This document shows, one piece after another, positions 38,759 through 51,758 of a stretch of DNA of 64,000 nt. Every line of letters starts with the position of its first letter. Positions within the stretch are counted from its first letter, which is position 1. Under the pieces are notes generated by a model. It was not told the origin of the DNA. It saw only the letters and a program-made list of their open reading frames with translations, and did not search any database. A program made the translations under genes and the position numbers. Source of the stretch: Camelus ferus (Eukaryota); assembly GCF_009834535.1 (NCBI RefSeq), contig NC_045696.1:84880001-84944000 (forward strand), written 5' to 3'.

Positions 38759-41211
38759 TACTAAACTATGAATTCCTACAAAGTACAGTCTAATGCTTCA
38801 GTCATCTTTGTCTTCCTCACATTTAATAGAGTAAATATCTAATTAATTAATATGTTGAATAAATTATATAGAAAATAATATATAATAAAAAGATATAAAA
38901 TATGCCTATATGCCAATTAAACACAAGCCAAGTTCCATGGGTTTGTTAAAACATGAACAGACTGAAAATAAGACATTAGATTGCTATACAGATTCTTAAA
39001 GATATTTTTGAGTTTGATAAGAATAAAAATGGTTAAGGAAATGGACATGCACAGATGGAAAAGAAAGGAATACATATATACTGTAAGATACTTGAGATCA
39101 AAAATTTTAAGCCACGTTAAAAAAATACAGAAAGTTTTTGACTTAACTAAAAGTTATCCACTGTCTTCCAAACGTATTATCATATTTACATTTTATAATA
39201 TAAAGATGGGTAGCTTTTTATTTTTATTATGCAATTGATACAAATTATCTGTTTTAAAGTATGACCTCAATGAGGATCTTAGCCAGTGGGGTATCTCTGA
39301 ACCTCTAATCTACTCACTTGAAACTGACTTCAAATCAGGAAATAGAGAAGAAAGTAAGGCTCCCTGTTGTGTTTCTCCCTACCCTCCTAGGCTTCAGCTC
39401 AGGCATTTTGTTTGTGGGAATGGATCCCAATTGTAAGGACTATCTGTGGCAGCACAATAAATTGAACCATATTGCCTAAAGTCAGCATGCCATTACTGCC
39501 TACAGAACTTGCAAGTTTTACTGAAAAGAAGATTTACATTTTAATTTGGAGTCTCCAGCTCCCAAAGTGCACACATACTTCCTGTCAAGAACCCTGGCTT
39601 TGCAAAGAGATATTACTAAAAGCAGACCACAAAAGACAGGAATGTTTAAAAATTACGTTTCTACTGATACTCCTTGAGGGACACTTGATATAGTAACTTA
39701 ATCCATCAATGGGGGTTTTATCTTTGCATGTTTGAGAGTTTAAAAGAGGAGAGCACAATCAAATTTCAGTTTGTATTATGTGGTGGATACTATCCTAATA
39801 TGTGATCTAAGTTAATCTCTTGGACAATCCTATGATAAGTAACTGTCATCTCTATTTTAGAGATAGTTCTATAGGTGATCATCATGCCTTGAATATCCTC
39901 CTATATAATTTGAAACCCATCCTCCCTTTCATACCCCCATTTCTTACAATAGTAGTTTTGTCCTTAGTATAAAATAGATATTGTCTCCCAAAACTGAAGG
40001 AATGTATTTAACAACATAAACTTATTTTCTACAGTCCTATGCTTGCTTCATTCCATCTTTCAATCAAAGCAAATAAAACTGGCTTCCAGGGACTCTCTCA
40101 AGGGGTGTTAGCTGGCCCCTACATTTCTGCTAAATGACTTTTCCACTGAGGAGCTGGAGACAATGCTTTCATACCCCCAAACTCCTTGTGATTATCATGC
40201 TTCATAGATGGGGCTTATCTAGCACAAGTACACCTACTGGCCTCCTACTATTATTTGGTGAATTTGACCAAGATCAGCTTGGACTGATTCTATCCCAGTA
40301 AGTTTTATTGTTTTTAGTAACTAATTTGCGAGTCCCCAAAACAGATCAAGTTAACCGTATGGAACAATTTCTGCTTAAAAACACAATCAAAATTCAGTAA
40401 ATATATAAGGATTGAACATTAAGATAAGTGAAATGCCTACTGAATCAGAGGCCACTAAGTGATACTGGGGAAATGGAGCCCATCGCCGGTTTGGTGCTGA
40501 TAATGGTATTATCCAAAACCGTCGAACAGTGCATCTGGGAGATGTTTAATTAAAATAGTCACCAGATGTTAGAATACCATTCTATATGACCTTCAGGCTT
40601 AAATTCCAACAGTCATATATATTTTAACTAAATTTTCTTTTTTTCTCTTTTTTTCTTTTGTTGATCTGTCTTAACCTTTTGTTCCATTACTATCATGTTT
40701 AGCAAAGTACCCCACATCTATGAATATCAGTTTTATTACTTCTAAAACAGAAATCATAATGACTTGTAGGATGATTTGATAATTAACATCAGGATGAACA
40801 TGTAGAGCCACAGTACTGTCAGTAATTGTTAGTTTTATTTCCCCATAAGTATCAGTTCTCATGCTTCTTCCATCTTACAATTCGCAATTTCTAATTCACA
40901 TTCATTCTTCAATTTATGCTAGGAGCACATACATCTGTTCATAAGGTTATTTCCTTATTCTGGCAAGAAATATTTCAGTGTGCATATATGCTAGCAAAGG
41001 GGTGTTTCTCAGTATATGAAGATCATATCTTCTTCATCTATTTACTTACAGTATTGGTCAACATTTACCATACCCAGCATAAAGCATATTGTTTCCATCT
41101 TCAATTATATTCAGTCAAAACATTGTATTTTTATATAGAGTTTAGGTTTATTAATGTATAAAAGGTTAAAGTATTGAAAATATTTGAGAAAACTAGATTA
41201 GTGATATTAGA

Positions 41212-41700
41212 CAGTACAGCCATCGTATTTGAAAGTGTGGTTCTGATGTCAGAAAGAAGACCTAGATCCAAACCCTGTGTAAAGTACACAAACCTGTGTA
41301 AAACTATTTGTCATTAACAAATTGCTTTACATTTTTAAGCCGTAGTGGAGCTAAGGCTCTAAAATGGAGCTAATTGTATTTAAAAAAATCTCTAAAATGT
41401 TCCTAATTGTATTAATAACAACATCTGTAATTTATGAATTGGTTATCATGTGCCACGCACTCATTTAATTCTCACAGCAGTCTTAATAGTACATATTATT
41501 GTTATTTTATTTTATTGATAACAAATACATAGAAAGGTAGATGATAATGTCACATAATTTATCACTGGTAGAGCAGAAAATAGAGTACGTGCATCTGACT
41601 GCAGAGTCAATCCAGTTAACCATTCTATTGATGCCTATTGCATTGGATTGATTGACTTAGCAAACTGCCTGGTATAGTAAAAATTCCAGGTATAATAATA
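41212..41700. mobile_element. Two MIR SINEs in opposite orientation (plus ~41212-41400, minus ~41410-41630)
   Basis: Plus: 'gttctgatgtcagaaagaagacctagatccaaacc'; minus: 'tcatttaattctcacagcag...ggtagagcagaa...tctgactgcagagtc'. Confidence 0.55.
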
Positions 41701-43149
41701 CCAGTCATACTGTAATTAGCATCATCAGTGTAATGATAGAATTGTGTAAAGAACAAAAAGAATCAGAGTAGGGGAGAAAAATGCTACATGTTGTAGCATG
41801 GAGACACAGTACAACTAAGCAGGAAGAATAGAAAGGGTATCTTACTAGATTATGTGCAAATCAGCTCTCAGTTTTTCTGTTGAGCTGTACTAGGTTGTAA
41901 ACTAGAGTACGATCAAGTTTTATTGTATCCAGATCTTTTACTGTACCCAGATCTTTAATTTTTTTTAAGTATAATCACCCCTCCCCACACTCAGTTCTGA
42001 AAAATGTGCCTTATACACTCCTCTCATATTATAGCCACTAAAATTAAATTAGTCACAAATTATTTAATTATATTTCCAAAGTCTGAGAATAAGTTAAGAA
42101 ATTATAATACCCCTTTGTTTTTTTAGTGTCAATAACATTTTCTTCATATTAAAATTCTTTCTACCAAACTGTGAAATATGCAATTTACCTGGAAAGGAAT
42201 TCTCAGAGTGACATTTAAGTTGTCCTGATGCAAAAAAATCCCATACTTCATTAACGCACCACAGAGAACATATAATCAGCTTCTGAGTGAACGACTCCAA
42301 TAATATTAAATAATTCCCTGGTTCATAATTTAGTGGAAGTACAATGGAACTATAATTCACATTTTAAAATCCCAGATCACCTCCTGCTTCTACATAAAAG
42401 GGTCATGTAAACCAGCATCATTGGTAATAAACAGGAAAGCGAGAGGTCCCCGACTGTGTGAGTTCTACTGGGAGGCTCAGCCTCTTCATGTCATAATTCA
42501 AAATCAGTCTTTTGTATTTTTCTTCTATCAAGAAGCTTAACAATATAGAATGTGTGAAAATAATTCTCAGCTTCCACGTGATTTTTTTATTTAATGTACT
42601 GTATAGATACAGTGGTCGGGGACTATTATCAAGCTTATGTCTCGGGACTAGAACACTTCTGGACACAGGCATTCTCAAATATATGGCAAGAAACTTTCCA
42701 TTACTTAAATCTATGCACAGAATTTCTACATCATCTGCCTTTTTCTAAACTACCATCAAACCCTGAAAAGTCACTACATAATTGGGATTTGCTACAGCAA
42801 CATATATTTGACTGCTTTTGTATACTTCCTGTTTGCAAGAAACATTTATTTCTAGAAATGTAGGTTAAGGATATGGGTACATACAGAAACTTGAGTTTTT
42901 GGTTAAGTCTCACAGAGTCTATAATATTATAACACAGCAATAGTTCTAGCATGTTAATAACAGCTCTACTGATTAACTTTTGAAGAACAATAGTTGTTCC
43001 CACAGAATCTTGAAAGCCATTATTGCAAACTTAGTACTCTACCATTAAACTGATTTGACGTGCAAGACAATATAATTAGTTAAATTCAGTTATTATCACA
43101 TTTTTGATTAATTTTTGATCAGACCACTTCTTAGGCAGATGGTCAGTGT

Positions 43150-43245
43150 ATATAATTCTATATTTAGAATATATATGTATTTTTATATTCAATGAGTATA
43201 TATATATATATATATATATTCTGTATTCAATACATATATATGTAG
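43150..43245. repeat. (TA)n microsatellite and AT-rich flanks
   Basis: TATATA run at ~43197-43218. Confidence 0.85.
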
Positions 43246-43734
43246 ATATCCACTGACTAGTTTTGGTTAAAATTAGCTTTAGCCTGGTAATGGAGTCATA
43301 TTCTAGTTACATGTGTGTAAATGCAAATATAAACTACTCCCTCTTGAAGATATTGTGCAGGCAGTTCCCCTCAGAAGGAATGCAAAACTAGAGAACACAA
43401 ATAAACAAAAGAGACCCCTTCCTAGACCACTGTCAACTTCTGAAACCTTAATTCTAAAATATTTGTATATCTCCTGTAATGTTCTAATATGATATAATAT
43501 ATCCATTCCAGTCCATTATGTTATTTGTTCATACACAGTTATTCTAGTAAATGAGAATTTTTAAATGTTTAATGATATAAAAATCAATGGCTTTAACGAT
43601 TATCTCCCCATTGATGACAACAAGACTGTTAAAATAAGAAAGTGCCTTACTAAAGTTTTGGAAATACAGAAGCCATCTTCTTGATGCCATGAAAATTTCA
43701 TTATTCCAGATCAGATTTACTTTGCTCCACCGTG

Positions 43735-43776
43735 AACCTTATAGTTTCAGTTTCCAACCTTATAGTTTCAGTTTCC
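43735..43776 (+). repeat. Perfect 21-bp tandem duplication
   Basis: AACCTTATAGTTTCAGTTTCC twice (43735-43755 and 43756-43776). Confidence 0.95.
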
Positions 43777-44817
43777 TCCTGCTTACCCTTTCCCTTCTCG
43801 GCAAGCCAGTGGAAATCATTGCAAAGCTGTAGCATTGTCTCAAAAGTTTGCCTACTCTGTAGTTTCTAGTGAAAAAAATAAATGAAGATACTTTAAATTG
43901 TTTTGTTTAAGGAAAAGAAACATTTGCTTTGTTACCCTCCACAATTTTTTACAGACCATATTAAATAAAATTATTAATTGAATAATTAATTTCTATGTGA
44001 AACACCATGAAATTACTGAGATAATTAGAGGACGAAATTAAGATAGTTCCTGTTATTTCAGCAAAAGTTTAGTAAGGGAATGTGTCAAGCTTTTTTTTTG
44101 TTTTGTTTTTAATCAGGGAAAATATTGTAGGTAAAATATATGTATAACCAAAAATATGTTACGATTTGCAAGGTGTCATGCTTTTCCTGAACAAGAATTG
44201 TAAATTATCCTTCATAAATATAATATGCAGTAAAATAGACTGTTGTTTTTTTTCCAAACATTAAATTTGAGGAAATAAAAGTGACAATAATTAATAGTCG
44301 TCTTTCTCAGTACAGGTGTGTAAATCAGTGTAAGCCGGTATTTCTTCTAAATGATTATCTTTCATAAGAGTTTTTCTTAGTTTAAAAGAATCATCTCCTA
44401 TTGAGTAATGTGTTTTGAGCACCTGTACCCTACATCTTCTAGATCTCATTAATTAGCTATTTCTCACCTGTAGTTTTCAGTTAAGCAGCAATACCGAAAG
44501 TGGAGTAGGAAATACCTCTCCTTAATTTTTCTCATAGGACAATTTCCTGGATGGGCAATCTTTGTACAAAGATATACTTCTAGTGCATTGCTTGTGGGAG
44601 GTTCATTGTTTATTATGTGCATAGTGTGATAGTTCTCAAATGTTGAGGGAAAGCGGAGAGAAATAAGGAATTTCTCTCCAGAATATCTGTTTATGCCCAC
44701 AATGTATCCCATAATGCCATAATCATAATGAGGAAGCTGGGGGTCATCGGTATTTTGATCAGGCTTCCCAGGTGATTTAAAAATCCTTTTTTATTAAAAT
44801 AAAATTATCTTGAAAAA

Positions 44818-45249
44818 TGTCAACTGGAACGCCTATGGACTATAGAGAAGCGAAATGAAGTTTATTTGGAGTTTTAGAATTGTAATTAGGGGATCACAGA
44901 TTTCAGAGGAACTCAGAATAGTACCCCATCAGAGGAAAATAGGTAGGGGTTTTTATGGGGAAAAGGAGAAAGTTCATGCAGACTTGCACAGTGTTTTCCA
45001 AGAATTTGGTTTGGAGGGTAACTTTGCTCTCTATACATGATCGGGTTATCCAGCCCATCACATCTGTTACTTGGGAAATGTATGGTTTCCTTAGTTCAGA
45101 CAAAGTACAGTCCTCGGGATTGTTCTTTCCTTTTGGCTACTCAGCCAATATTCAGCAATTTTAACTTAGAATGTTCAGCAAAAGTCCAGTGTGGATAGCA
45201 AACATGGAGACCCTCAGGTCACATCTCAGTTATTCCTGACATCTTTTCA
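44818..45249 (-). mobile_element. Probable ERV1-type LTR (subfamily uncertain)
   Basis: TG start ('tgtcaactgg'), minus-strand AATAAA ('tttatt' near 44860), TATA-like 'ggtttttat', CA end; TSD not clean. Confidence 0.45.
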
Positions 45250-45315
45250 TAAGAACCACAGGCTTGATTATGAACTGTATGAGAAAACAGTTATATAAGA
45301 AAACTATTAACAAAC

Positions 45316-45753
45316 TGACAGACATTGGTAGTGGCCTGGTCGAAATCTGATCTCTTTGAAGAAAGTAGTGTGCCCAGCTACTTCCTACGCTCTGTCATAT
45401 CTCAGAGTGACCATGTGACAGTCTTGCAAATGTAACACAAGAGTTGTGCATGTGGGCTTCAGGGACAGTTTTTGTGTTCCTGATAACAAGGGACAGGTGT
45501 GGGCATCACCTGTTTAACTCTTGTTCTTTTCTTTCTGTCTAATCTCTGAAATGCAGGTAGGCTACCTGGAGGTGGAACAACATTTGTGAAAAATACATGT
45601 TATTGCAGAGAACAGAGACAGAAGGAGCTGTCCAGCCAACACTGAATTTTCCACTTCCAGATCACTTTTTAAGTAAGGAAAATATAATCCTTATTTGTTT
45701 AAGACCTTACAGGTTTTTGTGACATGCACCTAAATATATTCCTGAGTAATACA
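45316..45753 (+). mobile_element. MaLR LTR (MLT1J-like)
   Basis: 'gaccatgtgac...ggcttcagggac...cctggaggtgg...ccttatttgtttaag...ttcctgagtaataca'. Confidence 0.65.
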
Positions 45754-46164
45754 CCAACAAAATGTTTTCATATCCTTGAAGGATCACACCATGATTCCAC
45801 TTCATATCAAAATACAATCAAAAGGGTCTATTCCACTGATATTCCTCATTGTCCTATTTTTTTAATATCCATTTCCCATGCCAGCTGCCTTTATTTGATT
45901 TTATTCTACTTAAGTCTTCCTGAGATGTTTCTCTACAACTAATAACTTGCCCAATATTGTTAAGGGGCAAAAGTGAAGTGCTCAATGGTAGTTGAGTCAT
46001 GTCTACAACTGTAGTTAGTATGAGAGAGCCTAACTAACCTGGAAAACTCTGGATTCCTAAAGATTTTTCTTTGATTGAGGGATAAACAATTAATTACCCA
46101 TGATTGTTAGTGAGCATCAGCATGCTGGAAACACATGGTTTTGAGTACTTTTTGGTGGGCAAAG

Positions 46165-46550
46165 GGATAGGCTAAATGAATAATGGCTCCCCAAAGATGA
46201 CTCCTGGACCCTGTGGAAGGGGTTCTGTAGGTGTCATTAAGGATTTTGAGATGGGGAGGCTAGGCACTCACTGCAATCACAAGGTCTTTATAAACAGGAG
46301 GCAGGAGAAGGGAAATTGGAGTGATGTGGCCAGGAACCAGGAAATGCCAACAGCTTCTAGCAGATAGAAGAAGCAAAAAATAGATTCTCACCTAGAGCCT
46401 CCAGAAGAAATTAGCCCTGCTGATCCTTTGATTTTTAGCTCTGTAAGTCTCATTTTGAATTTCTGACCTCCAGAACTGAAAGTTAATACTTTGTGTTGTT
46501 TAAACCCCTCAGTTTGTGCTAACCTGTGACAACAGCAATAAGAAATTATT
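46165..46550 (+). mobile_element. MaLR LTR (MLT1C/D-like)
   Basis: 'gaataatggctccccaaagatg...ttgagatggggag...gattctcacctagagcctccagaag...ttctgacctccagaactg...ttgtgttgtttaa'. Confidence 0.85.
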
Positions 46551-47675
46551 GGCCTGAGGGGAGGGAGAGGAGCATCTAAGGAAGAACATTTTATCCTTGT
46601 ATCATTTAGCCCAAAACAGTGCATATTTTTCTCTATATATAATTTTATTGGCAAGTGCTAATAGGTAACAACAAAAAACATTCCTGAGTTATATACTGTT
46701 TATTTACTTATCTATACATCTGTTTATTGGTTCAAATAGTATTTGTGTCAAACATCTAATTGTCTCCCAAATGTAAATCACTGAAATATTGTTTGGAAGA
46801 TACACTGGGAAAAATCTCTTTTGAGGCTTAATCTCATTTAACCTTTTTTAAAGTATACTCACCAGGATTTTGTCTAAATCTATAAAATCAGGCTTAAAGT
46901 ACAGATACACTTGTTACACTGTTGAAAGATTTTGTTTGAACATTGACTACTTGACATTGATTGGTTAATATAAAGTGTGGCTGTGAATCATCCAAGCACG
47001 TTTATCTGTGCCTAACAAGAACAAACTACGTACCCCGGGTTATTGAAATACATTGTTGTGATTGTATATTCTCTCCAGTAAAACTAAAGCCACTTTGGCA
47101 GACACCTGACAGAGAAGTTGTCTTTCCCCTACCTCAGGCAGGGAAAATGAGCTCTGCTTCCCTTTTCTCCCTGTGACCATGACCAGCTATTGTTAGGTGA
47201 GACTGTGGAGCCTGCCTGTGCCCTGGGCCCCTCCACTCAGTGCCTGCCTTGAACGCTCTTAACTCAACAGCAGAATTGACATCCAAGGCATTCATACAAA
47301 TTGACCTAAAGAGTAAAGTTAACCAATACATGTACACAGGTGATAAAGATATGGAAGAAATGTGAAAAAAAACCTATTAAAAATGATTTTTTATTCAGGA
47401 AATGTTGAACAAGAAAGATAATTATAGTCAGATTTTAATAGAGATAAAGGCATAGATTAGCAAGTATTAATCAGAAAGGTAATGGTTATTTGATGTTAAA
47501 CGGAAGTAGAAAACTCATGCATCAGGATGGAGAGAGAAACAAAAATGTGAGTCTTAAAAATGTATTACTAAGAACTTTGCTTTTCTACTGTTTTAAAAAA
47601 TTAAGAAGTTTATTTCTGTTTTTTAATTTTAGTATCACCACAATATTTAAGGGGGTGTGTCTGTGGATAATTGAG

Positions 47676-47925
47676 ACAGCATAGATTAATGGTAAAGAAT
47701 GAGAACTCTGGAGTCAGACTGGTTAGATTTGTTTCCTAGTTACTATTAACTAGCTGTGCATCCTTTGGCAATGACTTAACCTCTCCGTATCTCAATTTCC
47801 TCATCTATAATATGAAGATCCTAATAGTGCCTACCTCATAAGATTATTATGAAGATGACCTAAGTTAATATTTACAAAATATTTAAAAGGTTACTGACGT
47901 GCTGAATTCTATATACATATGTTTC
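47676..47925 (+). mobile_element. MIR SINE, near full length
   Basis: 'actctggagtcagact...tgacttaacctctccgtatctcaatttcctcatctataa...aatagtgcctacctcataag'. Confidence 0.9.
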
Positions 47926-49229
47926 TTAAATGGATTTACAGAATTTTTGAATAATGTTTTTAATAGGAAAAATTACTTTTTCCCAATATTATATTTTACT
48001 ACTTTTATTAAGACCTGCTGCAAAGTATATTTCTGTTTAAAAGGAGCATATAAGAACCTATAAGGGTATATTATCCCTAAACAATCTCTAAACATTAGTC
48101 ATAATGAACTTTTACTATAAAGTTAGCTAACTTTTAAAGTTTGATGAATTATATAGCTCTATGATTTATGTTACTGGAAGTAACTATGGGTACTACACTA
48201 TAATTAAATCAAAAGCTAGTTAAGATTCATAAATCCTTTCACTTTTAATAATGCTAAACACTGGAAGTTTATGTCATAGCTTCTGATGCATTCTTCTGTT
48301 CTGAACACCTTGTAAGTGTAGATTTTATTTAAAGGAACAAAGAACTAGCAGGCGTATGGAGAAGCAGCAGCTGAACAAAACCGTCTGTGAATTTCATGAA
48401 CTTATTTGGTTAAACTTTGTGCTCATTAACTAGAATGTGCTCTTCGACTTTGCTCTTAAAAAGTCTGACAGGTGAGAAATCCATACTGTTTCATTTATAC
48501 CACAGTTTGAGATGCTGAAATGAGAACTGGCATTTGGAATAAGTTCAGTGTCATGACCCCTTTCAGGATGCAATTTATGGCTCTGTGAATGTAAATGTGA
48601 ATAATATTAAGCAAGCTAAAACTATGCCTAGATAAATATGCCTTACCCAGCAAATGAGGAGCAGTGAACAAAAACCAGCATACCCTAATTCTTTATCTGG
48701 TTTATGTATGTGTCTCCAAAGACTGTTGTACATATAAAAAAGTTAAATGAGGGAAAGTCAAATGAAAAAGAACAATACATTTGCCAAGCTGAATAAAGCC
48801 AAGTATAATACATTAATACTAACTCTCAATTTCAAGTGTTTCAACGAGAATAATACTGTTCCAGAATAAATATTTTGCAGTAAGAGCTTGCAAAGATATC
48901 AAAATATAGTTACTTTAATAAGCAAATTATAGAACAGTATGCAGAAATGATCTCATTAGCTTGAAAAAGTGACATATACGTACTTGTGTGTGAACATAAT
49001 AGTATTTTTAAATGGATAAGTTGAAACTTGATAAACCTACTAAAAGGAAGGATTCAATAAATACAAAATTTATTTTATACCCGGGAGCCAGGGAATGGGA
49101 ACAGCATTTATGTGCTTCTTGGATCGGGTAGTGAATTGACAGGTGTTCATTATGTTCACATGACTTAAAAATTACGTAACTGTTACAGTATTAAGTTGTA
49201 TGTTTCTTCTTAGTAGTGAAAAGACTAAA

Positions 49230-50285
49230 CTTTCACCTCTGGAAAGATGGAGTAGACACACTTTCCCCTATCTGTCCCACTAAGTAGAGCTAAAATCCCT
49301 GGGCATCATGCATAAAACACACATAAGAAAACTGTGAAAGGTAGCAAGAAAAAGCATACCAGCTAGGACCTCAGGATCTGGAGAACAGAATGATGCTGAG
49401 TCCTCTTGGACTCACTTTTCTTCATATATCCTGGCCTCGATATTAGAGAAACCAGCAATTTGGAAATACCAATGGACTAAAACCCCCTGCAAAAGACTGG
49501 TCTGTTTCGCTGGATGAAAAGAGAGAACCGATCTGGCAAGGTACAAAACTTCCAGACAAAAACTACTCTATCCCAGCCAAAACGCCACATAAAATGATGG
49601 CCCCACATCCATCAGCAAGGCCTGAGTAAAGAGCCTAGGCTTTTTCTCTCCTGCAAGACTGTGAGAGGCTTATCATACACCCACAGGTGCACACGCACAC
49701 CCCCGGTGGCGTCAGAAGACCAATCTCTGCTGGCTGGTAAAACTCCTTCTGGTACTCTCATGTCCTTGGAGGCCATGTGGGGGGCTTGGAGCTCCACCCT
49801 CACCTGGCCTTAACAGTGCTTGCTGGATGGCAGCAGAAGAGGCCTAGTGCAGGGTGAGGGCTTTTACCACTGCCAGGGCTACTGAGGCCACCCCTCACCT
49901 TGTCAGTGGAGATACACAGGAAGCAGTAAAGAGGTGATATTAGAGGAGGCCAAGTTGGGAGCTTCCACCAGCAGTAATGAACTCAAGGGAAGAACTTGGA
50001 CTACCCCTAAACCCCGTATGTCAGTGATGAGATCCCACTCTGTTCACCAGTATGGTACCAGAGGAGACTTGATGAAATGGAATATTTAAATAAGATGCAG
50101 AATCTTATAATATAATATCCATAATATCCAGGATTCAATTGAAAATTACTCATTATAAGAACCAGGAATAACCTAACCTCAATAAGAAAAGATGTCAAGG
50201 TCGAGATGACACTGATACTTCGATGAACAATTATGCATGCACTTGAAATAAATGAAAAGATAGAAAATCTCAGCAAATAGAGTCT
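49230..50285 (+). mobile_element. Old LINE-1 5' region (L1MC-type 5'UTR running into degenerate ORF1)
   Basis: 'aagatggagtagac...ccctgggcatcatgcataaaac', GC-richer internal repeats, then 'atatccaggattcaattgaaaattactc...aagaaccagg...gaaaagatagaaaatctcagcaaa'. Confidence 0.7.
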
Positions 50286-51329
50286 AATAATGAAGTATTT
50301 TACCTAAATAATGTTATATTATACATTTTATAAATCCTTGGTATACAGAGTAGAAAGAAATTGCCTTCTTTTAAGTTCTTAATATAAAATATCATTAAAT
50401 TGCCACAGTGATCTTGGTGTCAGTATCATTATGTCTTAATTGAGAATTCAGGTTTTGAATGGGTGAGCAGCTTTCCTAAATTACACGCTTGGCCAGTTGC
50501 TGGACATTTAAATATTCACCACTTTGGAATTTAAATTCTAAGGTTTGTCAACTACTCATGTTGCCTTATCATGAATGTTGTTGGAACTACTATTTACTAT
50601 GCATATACACACATACATACACCTCTTCTTGAGGAACTGTAAAATAAATTTATACTATAATTTATACTTAGAAAAGCAATCTGCCCTTATCTTATGGACA
50701 ATATGAATTACATAACTCATCTTGTTTCCAAATTATGTGACTTTGTACAGAAAAAATTAATCTAGATCCTAATAAGTTCTCTTACTTTAAAATTATTAAA
50801 AAATACGACGTGAGGTTTGTATACCAACTGGCTACCTAGTTCCTCTTTAGAATGTTGACTTTAATTCCCCATCATTCAGGTATTATATCACCCCTCTATC
50901 TGATTTAATTTATTGTGTTAGCAGAAACTTGAGCCCCATTAAAGCCTTTTGTTGAATAGTGGCAGGGAATAAATGAATGTGTTCAAACCACCTAGCTTTA
51001 ATGTGTGCTATGGACTGATTTGCACAACATTATATAGTTAGATAAATTAATCCCTAAGTTTAAAGAGTATCCGTAATTTTCTCTTAATTATTTCTTCCCT
51101 TTTTTAACCTCTATACACTTGACTTCAAGAACAGGAAAGTACTTTTTACTCAGGCTTAAAAGTGTGAAAACTCCTTGCTGTAAATTCGGTTCTCCTGAAC
51201 AACTTATTTCTAGAGTTTTATTTATATAAATAAGGCTAAAAACTGAAACCTGAAAGAGAACATGATGCAGAAACAATGTAGGAAAGACAGCTATGGTTCT
51301 CCAACACTCACTCTCCACCTTCATAGGTA

Positions 51330-51758
51330 CAGTATTTCATAGATATAATATTCCAGATTTTACCACTACACATGCCGTTCAGGAGAAGACTGCATTCTCC
51401 AGCGTGATTTGCTGCTAGGTCTTTGTAATATTTGGACTATTAGGATGAGAGCAGATGTGCTGTTTGAAATGTCCAGAGAAAGAGCACGTCTTTCCGTCCC
51501 TACTCCTTTGTCAGGCTTCTGGGTGGTGTTCTTGATGGTGGAACCATTTTAGTTTATGTGGGTAAAGTATCCACTTTGGAGATGACAGTGCCACAGTAGG
51601 AAGGGAGCCTGTGTTCCTTGTCAGCTTTGAGTAGTATGTCAAAATATCATACTTCTAGGGTCTAGACTGTCTTATCAGATAAAGATCATCTGTGTGGTTT
51701 ACAGTAATGCTGTCTGGGATCCTTGCTCACTGAAGTCAAACCTGTGTGCTAAATAATC
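51330..51758 (+). mobile_element. MaLR LTR (MLT1J-like), degenerate
   Basis: 'gactgcattctccagc...ggaagggagcctgtgttcctt...aaacctgtgtgctaaataat'. Confidence 0.5.

Noticed and set aside
40440..40862. Protein-like ORFs and possible exons around 40440-40862 on both strands
   Set aside because: No consistent acceptor/donor pair with an open frame, no recognisable homology, and 40435-40480 resembles an L2 remnant.
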